Shown here one piece after another: positions 50,486 to 62,067 of a stretch of 64,000 nucleotides of DNA. The notes beneath the pieces are model-generated. The model worked only from the letters and a program-made list of their open reading frames with translations. It was not told the DNA's origin and made no database searches. Position numbers and translations under genes: made by a program. The DNA is from Hypanus sabinus (Eukaryota): contig NC_082707.1 of the NCBI RefSeq assembly GCF_030144855.1, positions 135,470,001 to 135,534,000 of the forward strand, given 5' to 3'. Within the stretch, counting starts at the first letter, position 1, and the number at the start of each line of letters is the position of its first letter.

Positions 50486-51799
50486 TCCTTATTTAAGGAA
50501 AGGTTTAAACCTACCCCACTTTTACATCCACCCACTTCAAGATTAGTGGACCCCAAACCAAACAACCACAAAAGTCTGCCAGAAGGCATAAAATGCCTGG
50601 CGCTGTTAATTTTAGAGAAAATCTGGGATTAATTCACATTTTTATTTAAATAGTGAAGTGACTATGCTCCACCCAAGACTGTGATTGAAAAATGTTTAAC
50701 TAAGTGTCATCAAAATATCCTCCAAGTTTTGATTTTCCCTGAAATGCCATCTTTTAATCTTAAAAATGAATAAAACTTGGCAAGGTGCTTGAATTGAAAC
50801 CTCTTTTACTTTAATATTTTTTCCTTTAAACAACTTTGTAAGAATTAACTTGAAATCTGTAAAATTAAAGGAAACTGCAGAAAAGAATTAGAAAAACCAA
50901 GTCCAATTTGGTAATCTTTCCTTATGCCAATTTGCAGTCATGATGTGCTTCCATTACAAGGGCAAAACACTTAGCAAATCTATGTTCTCGCTCAGGAGCT
51001 GAAATGTGTTTCATTCTTGGCAATATATTGATTCAGGTTCTTCATTATTGGCTCCAATTTGACAATGCTAATGCTGATCTGATGCAGAGCCTGAATCTGA
51101 AAGATACATCACTTCTTTAATGATACTGAAGTTTGAATGCAAATCTTATACAAGAGTTGCAAGAGATGGTCAGCTCGATGTAGCAATTAAAAAAGGGTGT
51201 AACCATTCTCTAAACATTTGTTATTTTGACTAATTTTTGATCAGTGTATAACTTTCAACTATTTGCTGAAATAAGAATTTTGATAAGCAGTACCAGATTT
51301 TGTCTTGGAGCCCTCCAATGGACAATTTTGTTGACACTAATTTATTACTAGAGAACTTACTATGAATATGAGCAGCAATTTCCTTCCAAACACAGATACT
51401 TTTTCGCTATGCAGACTCATTTTTTTAAAAAATATAGCGTAACAGATTTGACTTAACGTATTCACTTGTTACTTCATTTAGCTTATACATTGTACTCTTG
51501 GTTTGTTTCTCTAACTGGTAAGTGGTGCCCCATGCATTATTTGTAAGTACATTGATGGAAAACAATAATGTAGGTTTTAATATTTAGCACCATTTTGAGA
51601 GTATATTTTTCGAAGCATGGAAACTTGTCCATCAATAGCTGCTTCAATAAGTTCATCCAGCGGAAATACCAATTTGGTATTGGAATGACAAAATAGCCAT
51701 TTAAATAAATAAAATTAAAATGTCCAGCTGCTGACTCTTACAGCGTCTTTGTTAGTAAGAGAAAAGGAAACAATTGTAGATGACGACCTCAGAATGACT

Positions 51800-52080
51800 T
51801 ACTGCCAAAAGTAAATGATACTATAGGCAAATGGAGCAGTCAAGCTGCCCATATTATTGTGAGTGATATGTAATGCAATTTAATGGTGTTAGATGGGGGA
51901 TTAAGGTCTAAGGTGCCTGCTCTTCTTTAATTAGTGCCATAGGATCTTACAGGTCTTTAGTTTTAGGTCTCAGGGAAAGATGATAAGGTAAAAATTCTCT
52001 CAGCTTAAAAAGCCAAGCAACAGTCTTGAAGTGGGAAATTGACTGAAAAGTAATGAGTGCTTTGGAGAGCACTTACACTG
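51800..52080 (-). mobile_element. Ancient DeuSINE-like remnant
   Basis: CCTGCTCTTCTTTAATTAGTGCCATAGGATCTT resembles the antisense Deu-domain core. Confidence 0.45.
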
Positions 52081-52287
52081 GGAAATTGTACCCCTGTCCA
52101 CGTTGTCCAGTTGACTGTCCAGTTTGTTGACACTATTGAGTACTGAAGTGCTGTAAGGGGCATGTTGGCTTTCAATGGTGAAATAAGGCCTTAATGGTGC
52201 GGGGGAACTGGATCAACAATTAAAGCAGATTTCTTTAGAGATCCAGCACTCCCGGCCCAATGAACCTGTGCCACCCAATTACACCAA

Positions 52288-53099
52288 AGGTTTCAAAGGT
52301 ACATTTAATGTTAAAGAAGTGTATACAATACACATCCTGAAATGCTTTTTCTTTGCAACCATCCACAAAATCAGAGGAGTGCTCCCAAAGAATGAATGAC
52401 AGTTAAATATTGGAACCCCAGAGTCTCTCCGCTCAGCTGCCCTCCCTCCCACGTGTAAGTGGCAGCAAGCAACAATCCCTCCTCCCCCCACTAGCAAAAA
52501 AAAACATCGGCACCCACCACGGAGCACTCAAGCACGAGCAAAGCAACAGCAAAGACACAGACTTGCAGTGCTCCAAAGACTACTTGTTCACCCGGTATTC
52601 GACATATCACAGGCTCTCTCTCCCTAATAAGGGAGAAAGAGAAATGTCTCCACTTCACAGTGAGAGGGGAGACACAACAAACAACTCGCTGGTTTATGAT
52701 CTCAGAAGTCCGTTGCATCGCTTTTTCTGAGCTCTGTGCCCAAAGATCTCGGTCTCTGGGCACACAACCTTCCAACTCCCCCTACACACTGATCTGCTGC
52801 TATAACACTGACCTCAATCCGCCCGTCTCCAGAGCCACAAGATCCCGGTCTTCCAAAAGCAAGTGAAGCTCTTAGGTCAAGCCCTTGGCATGCCAAACAA
52901 CAGCCATCCTTGAAACCATATCTGGGTCCCATTCCCACAAAGAACCATAGTCAGCATGTAACTCCAGGTCAGGGTCTTCAAAGGTACCCTGAAAGGGAAA
53001 AATAAAGATACTAAAGATGGAAATAGATCTGCTTCCGAAGATGTAAGCAAAGGAGTCCCCATTAGGTGCCATTATTCCTCCTAAGCCCCTCCTTAGGAG
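52288..53099 (-). mobile_element. ~810-bp non-coding retroelement with Rex-like tail, inserted in a V-SINE (52240-52287 plus 53100-53280)
   Basis: ACCAA direct repeat at 52283-52287 and 53100-53104; tail ..ATTAAATGTACCTTTGAAACCTT; the host SINE resumes on both sides. Confidence 0.7.
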
Positions 53100-53724
53100 A
53101 CCAATGTGACTAATCTATTGACTAACATGGACATCTTAGGAATATGGGAGGAATGTGGGAGGAAACCCACATGGACTTGTGGAGACCATACAAACTCCTT
53201 ACAGACAGCAGTGGGAAGTGAACTGGGGTCGCTGACACTGTAACTTGTTACACTAACTGTCATGCAACTGTGCCGCCTCAACTACAGCATGAAAGATGAT
53301 GATAGAATCTTTACCAATAGATCAGATTTCTGAGATGTTACATTTCAACTGGAAAGAATAAAGGTTTTCCATTTAGTGGATGGTAATTGAGCATCAATCA
53401 AAGAGTTCCAGTATTTAGCCACCTGATGTTCATAGATACAACCAAACAAAACAGGAACTAGAGTGCATTAACAATACATATCACACACAGCTTCACTACT
53501 TTGGTAATATCTGGTTTTAAACCATCCATAAAAGTTGACTTGAAGGAGTCATACATAGAGTCCTCTATGTTACCTTCATTTCTTCCTGGAATTCCTGAAT
53601 AATTTAATTATTTTGTCCCCTAGTGTTCCTCATATTCAGAAGCATCCTCAGAAATCTTTTGCTTGCAATCAGCCGCTTTCCATCAATCAATTTGTATTGG
53701 GGCCTGTTCTTTCAGCCACTCCTT

Positions 53725-54315
53725 ATGGATATATTTCATTAGGAGATTGAGGAGGTTTGGTTTATCATCGAAACTTCTACAGATGTATCATGGAGAGCAT
53801 TCGGACTGGCTGTGTCACTGGTATGTGGGGGGTGGGGTGGTGGTGCTATTGCACAGGATTGAAAGAAGCTACAGCAAATTGTAAAATTAGTCAGCTCCAT
53901 CTTGGGAATTAGCCTCTGTAGTATCCAGGACATCTTCAAGGAGCGGTGCTTCAAAAAGGCAGCATCCATCATTAAGGACCCACCCCCCCAACTGCGTCAC
54001 CCAGGACATGCCCTCTTCTCATTGTTGCCGTCAGAAAAGAGGTACAGAAGCCTGAAGGCACACATTCAGTGATTCAGAAACAGTTTCTTCCCCTGTCAGC
54101 CGATTCCTAAATGGACGCTGAACCCATGAGTGCGCCCTCACTTTTTTTCTTATATTATTCCTGTTTCTGCACTATTTTTTAAATTTAACTATTTAATATA
54201 CATATACACTTACAGCAATTCATTTGCTGCTATGTCATCATGTATTGCATTGTACTACCGCTGCTAGAGTTAAATTTCACAACACATGCCAGTGATATTA
54301 AACCTGATTCTGATA
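53725..54315 (+). mobile_element. Rex1/Babar LINE 3' fragment
   Basis: YFIRRLRRFGLSSKLL; AAGGCAGCATCCATCATTAAGGACCC; tail AAACCTGATTCTGA. Confidence 0.85.
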
Positions 54316-54319
54316 ACAC

Positions 54320-54575
54320 TTTACAGGACCAGTGACCCGTCTTCAATTTCCGCCACTGTCTATAAGGAGTTTACCCATTCTCCCCATGACCGTATGGGTT
54401 TCCTTCCGGTGCTCCAGTTTCCTCCCACAGTCCAAAGATGTACCGGTTGGTATGTTAATTGGTCATCATAAATTGGCCCATGATTAGGCCAGGGATAAAT
54501 CAGCTGTTCCTGAGCGAGGTGTTTCCTAGAGTCAGAAGGGCCTACTCTGCGCCGTATTTCAATAATAATAAAATT
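54320..54575 (+). mobile_element. V-domain SINE
   Basis: TGGGTTTCCTTCCGGTGCTCCAGTTTCCTCCCACAGTCCAAAGATGTACC; same family as 3135-3425. Confidence 0.8.
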
Positions 54576-54649
54576 AATTATTAGCATTCCGGCCCCTTGT
54601 ATGTGTGTCTTCACTTGGTCTTCATTGGAGCAAGCTGTGATATAGCTGC

Positions 54650-54799
54650 CACGAGGAAATTTGCAGATGCTGGAAATTCAAGCAACACATGCAAAATGCT
54701 GGTGGAATGCAGCAGGCCAGGCAGCATCTATAGGAAGAAGCACTGTCGACGTATCGGGCCGAGACCCTTCGTCAGGAGGGTGCTTCTTCCTATAGATGC
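54650..54799 (-). mobile_element. Young PLE terminal fragment with inverted duplication around a hammerhead motif
   Basis: Perfect 20-bp inverted repeat (54724-54743 and 54780-54799) enclosing CTGACGAAGGGTCTCGGCCCGATACGTCGAC on the minus strand. Confidence 0.85.
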
Positions 54800-55295
54800 A
54801 GTCCGACATAGCTGAGATTCTATTGTCATCCTCACTGGAGTCACTAGAGGTCACTGTAGAGTGCATGTCTTGCCCATCCTGTAGTTCCCAGGAGTTCAGA
54901 TGGTGGCACTGTCTGATGACTGTCAAATGTTGGGGGTGTTTCCCAAATAGAAGCAGAACTGGCAAGACTGCCTGCTTGAGGTTTTCTGATACTGCTTCAG
55001 TTTACCATGAAGCAGCATACAATGTGTTTTGGTTTGATTACATTTATCATATTATTTATTCACTTGTTCAGTCATACAAAAATTTAATGTTTAGCCTTTT
55101 TACTGTCTGTATCATACTGTTTTTGTAGATTATCACATTTCCCCTCCCTTTCCCAACTGATCAGCAAACATTTTCATGTGTCCAAACTGACCATGTACTT
55201 TAACCCAAAATACAAAGTACGAAGTAAATTTATTATCAATTTACCTTATACAACCTCCTTCCTGGTAGACTGTCCTCCTCGACAGTATCCAAAGT

Positions 55296-55464
55296 GGTGT
55301 GTAGGCCTCCGTTAGTCTCGATAGACCATGGATTTGCACCTTGGAAAGTTTCCAGGGTGCAAGCCTGGGCAAGGTTTTTTTTTATGGAAGACTGGCAGTT
55401 GCCCAAGCTGCAAGTCTCCCCTCTCCACGGCACCAATGTTGTCCAAGGGAAGGGCATTAGACAA
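55296..55464. mobile_element. Short RTE-like insertion within a CR1 5'-region fragment (~55240-55740, minus)
   Basis: CCAAAGT direct repeat at 55289-55295 and 55465-55471; family assignment from memory only. Confidence 0.5.
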
Positions 55465-55969
55465 CCAAAGTAATATACATTATAGAGGTGAATGGCACAG
55501 GGTACTCTGTACTGGCTGCCAATTTCCCTTTCTTCTCCTGACAGTTGCCCAGTTACCTGCCTCCTGTAACTTAGGGGTGACAACCTCCCTGTATCTCCTG
55601 TCTATCATTTACTCAGTCTCCCGTTTGAGCTGAAGGTCATTAACCATGACTTCACATGGTCTCTGAGGAGCCACAGTGTGCTTGGTGCAGATGTGGTTAT
55701 CTGGGAAGCCGGAGGTCTGCCAGAATTCCCACACTCCCACTCTAACACTAGCCCACCCCAACAATGTCAACTATGCTTAACCCAGCCACTCAACTCCATT
55801 CTCCTAATTTCTTCTTGTAACCGTTGATGCTCTGAATAATCAAAAAGCTAACAACCTCCACATTAAATATATCCAATGCTTGGCCTCCACAGCCATCTGT
55901 GGAAGATTCTGGCTAAAGAAATTCCTCCACATCTCTGTTCTAAATGGACGTCCTTCTATTCTGAAGCTG

Positions 55970-57670
55970 TTGTCATGGACTTCATAGATGACAGTGTCCC
56001 TACAAAATCATTCAGAATATTCCCCAACCAGAAGGGCTGGATGAACAATGAGATTCACAATCTTCTGAGGGTTCGGTCAGTGGTGGCAACCAGGTAAGAT
56101 ACAAAAGGTCTAGGTACAACCTCCAGAAAGCTGCCTAACAGGTGAAGTGGCAATTCCAGACTAAATCTGAATCACTGAAGGATGCTTAACAGCTGTGGCA
56201 AGGCTTGAATGCTATCACCTCCTACAAAGTGAAACCCAGCGACATAGTGACAACAAGTCTTTGCTTCCAGATGAGCTCAATGCCTTCTATGGTCACTTTG
56301 GTCATTAAAATACAGAAGGAGCTTCACAAACTCCCACAACACTGATGACTGCGATTTTGGTCAATGAGGCTAATGGTTAAAAGCATCTTTTCGGAGGATG
56401 AAGCCATGGGAGCTTTGGGCCCAGATGGGGTACCTGGTCAATTGCTAGAGACCTGTGCTGAAATCTTTAACCTCTCACTCTGGCAGTCTGAGGTACCCAC
56501 CCACCTCAGACAGGCTTTAATTATACCAGTACCTCAGAAGAATGTGGCAATCTGCCTCAATGACTATCATTCCGTGGCACCTACATCCACTGTGATGAAG
56601 TACTTTGAGAGGTTGGTGATAAAATATATCAACCCTTGCCTGAGAGGTGACTTGGATCAGTTCCATTTGGCCTTCCAGCACAACATGGTCCACAACAGGT
56701 GCCATTTCAATCGTTCTTCACTCAGCCCTCGAACGTCTGAACAACAAAGACACATAAATCAGGATAGTTTCCTATCAACTACTGTTTGACATTAAATGCT
56801 ATCATCCCCTCAAAACTGATCAATAAGCCTCAAGACCTTGGCTTCAATACCTCCTTGTGCAATTGGATCCTTGATTACCTCACTTACAGACTACAGTCAG
56901 TTTGGATTGGCAACAACATCTCCTGTATAATCTCCATTAGCACAGGTGCACCTCAAGGCTGTGCAGATATGGCCCAGTCCTCTCCCTAGTTGAATATATC
57001 TACATGGAGGGCTATTGGAGAAAAGCAGCACCCATCATAAAGAACCCCAACCACATGAACCATGCTCTCTTTTTGCTGTTGCCATCAGGAAGTGTTACAA
57101 TGAACAAAGGAAGCAAACCGAAGTGCAGGAAACCGGCATGGAGATTGAGATTGGATGTTTACACAGGCGTAAGCGCCAAACAGCAAGCAGGGAGAATCTT
57201 GACATGGAGCCCGGATATGGAACCTTGACGCAGAACCTTGACTCAGAGACTTCACACGGAGCCTTGACTCAGAGAAACTGAGTTTCATAGGTAAAACCTT
57301 GAAACTGGAGCTAAACTTAGAACAATCGGTTCTAAGCGGTCAGGAAACGTAGTTACACACAGGAAAAAGACCAATGAACTGGCAACTAGTGGTTGTGATG
57401 CCAAGGTTCTTATACTTCAGTTCTTGATGGAAACCAGGTGTACTGTCATCAAAGCGAATTAGAAGCAATTGGGAAATTAACGATCGGAACTGTGGCACAA
57501 TCAATGGAAATTAGGAGCAAGATAGGGAATAAACAATCCAGACCATGACAGGAAGAAGGTATAGGGGCATCAGGACACATAACACCAGGATCAGGAACTC
57601 TTATTACCCCTCAACCATTAAGCTCTTGAACCACTGGGGACAACTTCCTTCAACTTCCCTCACCCCATCA
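55970..57670 (+). mobile_element. Rex1/Babar LINE, degenerate ORF with internal deletion, interrupted by a solo LTR
   Basis: FPNQKGWM; GPDGVPG..IFNLSL..IIPVPQK..CLNDYH.VA.TSTVMKYFERLV; STGAPQGC; RYRGIRTHNTRIRNSYYP. Confidence 0.88.
57093..57550. mobile_element. Solo LTR (458 bp)
   Basis: TGTTA..TGACA termini; 5-bp TSD GGAAG (57088-57092 and 57551-57555); internal ~13-bp GAACCTTGAC repeats; host Rex frame (LLPSG|RRYR) is restored on removal. Confidence 0.9.
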
Positions 57671-57684
57671 CCATTTTCCTGCGG

Positions 57685-57915
57685 TTCAATATCCACTCTC
57701 ATCTCTCTTTTACACTTCATGTACCTGAAGAAACTTTTGGTTTCTCTTTAATATTATTGGCTAGCTTACTTTCATATTCTATCTTTACCTTCTTAATGAC
57801 CAGTTGTCTTCTGTGGGCTTTTAAAAGCTTCCTAATCTTCTAACTTCCCATGAATCTTTTATGTGGCCTCTCTTCAGCTTCTATGTTGGCTTTGACTCCT
57901 TTTGTAAGCCATGGT
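57685..57915 (-). mobile_element. CR1 ORF2 internal fragment
   Basis: Similar to 6630-6870 and antisense to 59210-59450. Confidence 0.7.
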
Positions 57916-57958
57916 TCCTGCAGCCTATGGACTCATTTTCAAGTACTCTTCATCTCAT

Positions 57959-57960
<2 letters not shown>

Positions 57961-58019
<59 letters not shown>
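57961..58019. repeat. (TC)n(TA)n microsatellite
   Basis: Visible directly. Confidence 0.97.
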
Positions 58020-58023
<4 letters not shown>

Positions 58024-59736
58024 TTATTATTATTTATTGTTTTTTTTTGTATTTGCAGTTTGTTGTCTGTTGTACATTGGCTGTTTGTCTGTCCTGCAGG
58101 AGCATTTAGCAGATAAATGCATGGCTGAGGAACTAGTGCAGAGGCAGTGGTTCAGATTTCTGGATCAGTGGGGTCTCTGCTGGGGAAGGTACAACCTTAC
58201 GAAAGGGACAGCTTTGGCAGCTTTGCTTGAGCTGTTCGGGAGGGTTTAAATTAATTTGGCAGGAGGATGGGGATCAGATGGGCTGAGGTTCCTTTACAAA
58301 CTGAGGGAATGTGTTGTAAGAATGCTAGCAAGCACAGGCTGATGTTAGGGCAAAATTGCCATCAAGAGGATGAGTTACAATTTAAAAGGGGGATGAATAC
58401 AGGTCTGGAGGTGTTAAATTAGAATGCATTCAGTATACAGAATAACGTAGATGAACTTGTAGCACAGTTACAGATTGGCAGGTATGACATTGTGGGCATC
58501 ACTGGATCGTAACTAAAAGATTATAGCCAGGAGCTTAACATTCACGGAAACATACTGTATTACAAGGACAGGTGAGTAGGCAGAGAGGGTGGGTTGGCTC
58601 TGTTGGTAAAAAATGAAATCAAATCCTTAGGAGGGTGTGACATAGGATCGGAAGGTGCAGAATCATTGTGGGTAGAGCTAGGGTAAAAAGACTCTGGTGG
58701 GAGTTGTATAGAGAGCTCGAATAATAGCAAAGATGTGGGCTACGAATTACAATGAGAGATAGAAATGCATGTCAAAATAGCAACGTTACAATAGTCATGG
58801 GGGATTTCAATAAGCAGGTAGATTGGGGAAATCATTATGCTATAGAAAGCCTACAAGATGGCTTTTTAGATCATCTCGAGGTTGAACAGAATAGGGGATC
58901 AGCTATTTTGGATTGTTTGTTGTGCAATGAAGAGTAATTGATTGGAGAGCTTAAGCTAAAGGAACACTGAGGAGACCATGATCATAATAAATCATTTACC
59001 ATGCAATTTGAGAGGAAGATCCGGAAGTTATATATATCAGTATTAAGGTAGAGTAAAAGGTATTGCAGATGCATGGGAGACGAGTCAGCCAAAGATGACT
59101 GGAAGGGGACACTAGCAGAGATGACAGTAGAACAGCAATGGCTGAAGTATCTAGGAGCAATTTGGAAGGTGCAGGATAGATGCAAGCCAAAGAAGTATTC
59201 TAAAGGCAGAATGGCACAACTGTGGTAGAAAAGGGAAGTCAAAGCCAACATAAAATCCAAATAGAGGGCATATAAAGAGAAAAATTAGTGGGAAGTCAGA
59301 GGATTGAGAAGCTTTTAAATACCAACAGAAGGTAACTAAAGAAGTCATAAAGAGGGGAAAGATGGAATACAAAGGTAAGCTAGACAATAATACTAAAGGG
59401 GATACCAAAAAGTTCTTCAGATTTACAGAGTAGAAGAGAAGAAACAGTTGATACTAGACTGCTGGAAGATAATGCTGGAGAGTTAGACTTGGGGGACAAG
59501 AAAGTGGCAGATGACCTCAGTAAGTATTTTGCATCAGTCTTCCCTGTGGAAGACACTAGCAGTATGGCGGGATGCATGAGTGTCGGGGCAGAAGTGAGTG
59601 AAGTTGCCTTTACTAGGGACAAGGTGCATGGGAAACTGAAAGTTCTGAAAGTAGATAAATCACTTGGGCCAGATGGTCTACACCCCACAGTTCTGAAAGA
59701 GGTGGCAGAAGAAATTGTGGAGGCATTAGTAATGAT

Positions 59737-60023
59737 GTGTGGCGCATGGCCAAGTGGGTAAGGCATTGGACCAGCGATTTGAAGGTTGTGAGTTCGAGCC
59801 CCAGCTGAGGCAATGTGTTGTGTCCTTGAGCAAGGCACTTAAACACACATTGTTCCAGCTCACCCAGCTGAAAATGGGTACCGGCAAAATGCTGGGGGTT
59901 AACCTCACAATAGACTGGCGTTCTATCCGGGGAGGAGTCTTGTACTCTCAGTTGCTTCACGCCACGGAAACCGGCATAAGCACCGGCCTGATGAGCCTAT
60001 AAGGCTCGGGACAGACTTTAACT
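59737..60023 (+). mobile_element. Full-length tRNA-derived SINE (MetaSINE-like)
   Basis: A-box TGGCCAAGTGG, B-box GTTCGAGCC, body GTGTCCTTGAGCAAGGCACTT..GTTGCTTCACGCCACGGAAACCGG; perfect 12-bp TSD ATTAGTAATGAT (59725-59736 and 60024-60035). Confidence 0.9.
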
Positions 60024-60338
60024 ATTAGTAATGATCTTGCAAGAATCTGGAGGAATGGAAACACTCTACACTGAGAGAGTGAAGAAGGAGTGGCAGAAGG
60101 AAAGAGATTATAGGTCATTATTCTGACGTCAGTGGTTGGGAAGATGTTGAGTCGATTGTTAAGTATCTGGTTTCAGGGTACATGAGGGCACATGATAAAA
60201 TAGGCTGTAAACAGCATGGTTTCCTTAAGGGAAAATCATTCCTGACAAATCTATTGGAATTCTTTGGAGAAATAGCAAGCAGGATAGACAAAGGAGAATC
60301 AGTTGATGTTGTGTAGTTGGATTTTCAGAGGGCCTTTG

Positions 60339-60603
60339 GTTGGCTTGTGGCGCAGTGACATCAGCGCCGGACTCCGGAACGGACGTTCCTGGATTCGAAT
60401 CTAGTTGGGTTGTTCCCGAGTATGCTTTCCATCCATGCCGGGTTGAGTGTTGAGCTCGCAACTCGACCTCGTAAAATAAAGAAAAATACCGCGAAATGTC
60501 TGTATGAGGAGTGGCGCGCCACATAGTCTTTCGTTCCGCGCCTTGTAAGGCTTGAAAATGCCCAACGCTGGCCTCTCTGGCCTGATCATCATCATCATGG
60601 TCA
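60339..60603 (+). mobile_element. tRNA-derived SINE with (CAT)n tail
   Basis: A-box TGGCGCAGTG, B-box GATTCGAATC, CpG-rich; interrupts CR1 GCCTTTG|ACAAGG with TTTG duplicated. Confidence 0.8.
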
Positions 60604-61258
60604 TTTGACAAGGTACCCACATGAGGCTGCTGAACAAACTACGAGACCATGGTATCCATGGTATTACAGGAAAGATACTAGCACAGATAGAGCACTGGCT
60701 GGTTGGCTGGAGGCAAATATTGGGAATAAAGGGAGCCTTTTCTAGTTGGCTACTAGTGGTTAGTGGTGCTCCGCAGGGCTCTGTGTTGGGAATGGTTCTT
60801 TTCACATCACATGTTAATGATTTGGATGGCAGAACTGATAGCTTTGTGGCCAAGTTAGTGGATGAAATGGAGATAGGTGGAGGGGCAGGTAGTATTGAGA
60901 CTGCAGAGAGGCTGCAGAAGGACTTAGACAGGTTAGGAGAACGAGCAAAGAAATGTCAGATGGAATACGGTGTCATGCACTTTGGTAGAAGAAACAAAAG
61001 CACTAACTACTTTCTAAATGGAGAGGAAATTCAAAAATCAGAGATCAAAGGGACTTGTGAGTCCTCGTGCAGGATTCCTAAAGGTTCATTTGCAAGTTGA
61101 GTTGATATTGAGGAAGGCAAATGCAATATGAGCACTCATTTTGAGAGGACACAAAGAAGAGGTTTCAAAGGAGGTTCATGAAAATGATTCCGGAATTGAA
61201 TGGCTTATCATATGAGGAGTGTTTGATGGGCCAGTATTCACTGGAATTCAGATGAATG

Positions 61259-62067
61259 CAATTTAATGTGGATAAATGTGAGGTTATCCACTTTGGTTGC
61301 AAGAACAGGAAAACAGATTATTATCTGAATGGTGGCCGATTAGGAAAAGGGGAGATGCAACGAGACCTGGGTGTCATTGTACACCAGTCATTGAAGGTGG
61401 GCATGCAGGTACAGCAGGCGGTGAAAAAGGCAAATGGTATGTTGGCATTCATAGCAAAAGGATTTGAGTACAGGAGCAGGGAGGTTCTACTGCAGTTGTA
61501 CAAGGCCTTGGTGAGACCGCACCTAGAGTATTGTGTGCAGTTTTGATCCCCTAATCTGAGGAAAGACATTCTTGCCACAGTGAGAGTACAAAGAAGGTTC
61601 ACCAGATTGATTCCTGGGATGGCAGGACTTTCATATGAAGAAAGGCTGGATCGACTAGGCTTATACTCACTGGATTTTAGAAGATTGAGGGGGGATCTTA
61701 TTGAAACGTATAAAATTCTAAAGGGATTGGACAGGCTAGATGCAGGAAGATTGTTTCTGATGTTGCAGAAGTCCAGAACGAGGGGTCACAGTTTAAGGAT
61801 AAAGGGGAAGCCTTTTAGGACCGAGATGAGGAAAAACTTCTTCACACAGAGAGTGGTGAATCTGTGGAATTCTCTGCCACAGGAAACAGTTGAGGCCAGT
61901 TCATTGGCTATATTTAAGAGGAAGTTAGATATGGCCCTTGTGGCTAAAGGGATCAGGGGGTATGGAGAGAAAGCAGGTACAGGGTTCTGAGCCATGATCA
62001 TACTGAATGGTGGTGCAGGCTCGAAGGGCCGAATGGCCTACTCCTGCACCTATTTTCTATGTTTCTA
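61259..62067 (+). mobile_element. Young 5'-truncated CR1 nested in the older CR1
   Basis: ORFs 61256-61546 and 61580-61990 are one frame with a single TGA at the conserved W; TTTCTATG-type tail; GAATG duplicated at 61254-61258 and 62069-62073. Confidence 0.93.

Noticed and set aside
57190-57275. Short repeated units as a CRISPR-like array
   Set aside because: ~13-bp degenerate tandem units without unique spacers, inside an LTR in eukaryotic DNA.
59737-59810. tRNA gene (also considered at 60339 and 3135)
   Set aside because: The A/B boxes are SINE heads followed by SINE bodies; no convincing cloverleaf or terminator.
59988-60012. CTGATGA followed by a hairpin, as a hammerhead
   Set aside because: No GAAA box after the stem; better explained as the SINE 3' stem-loop.
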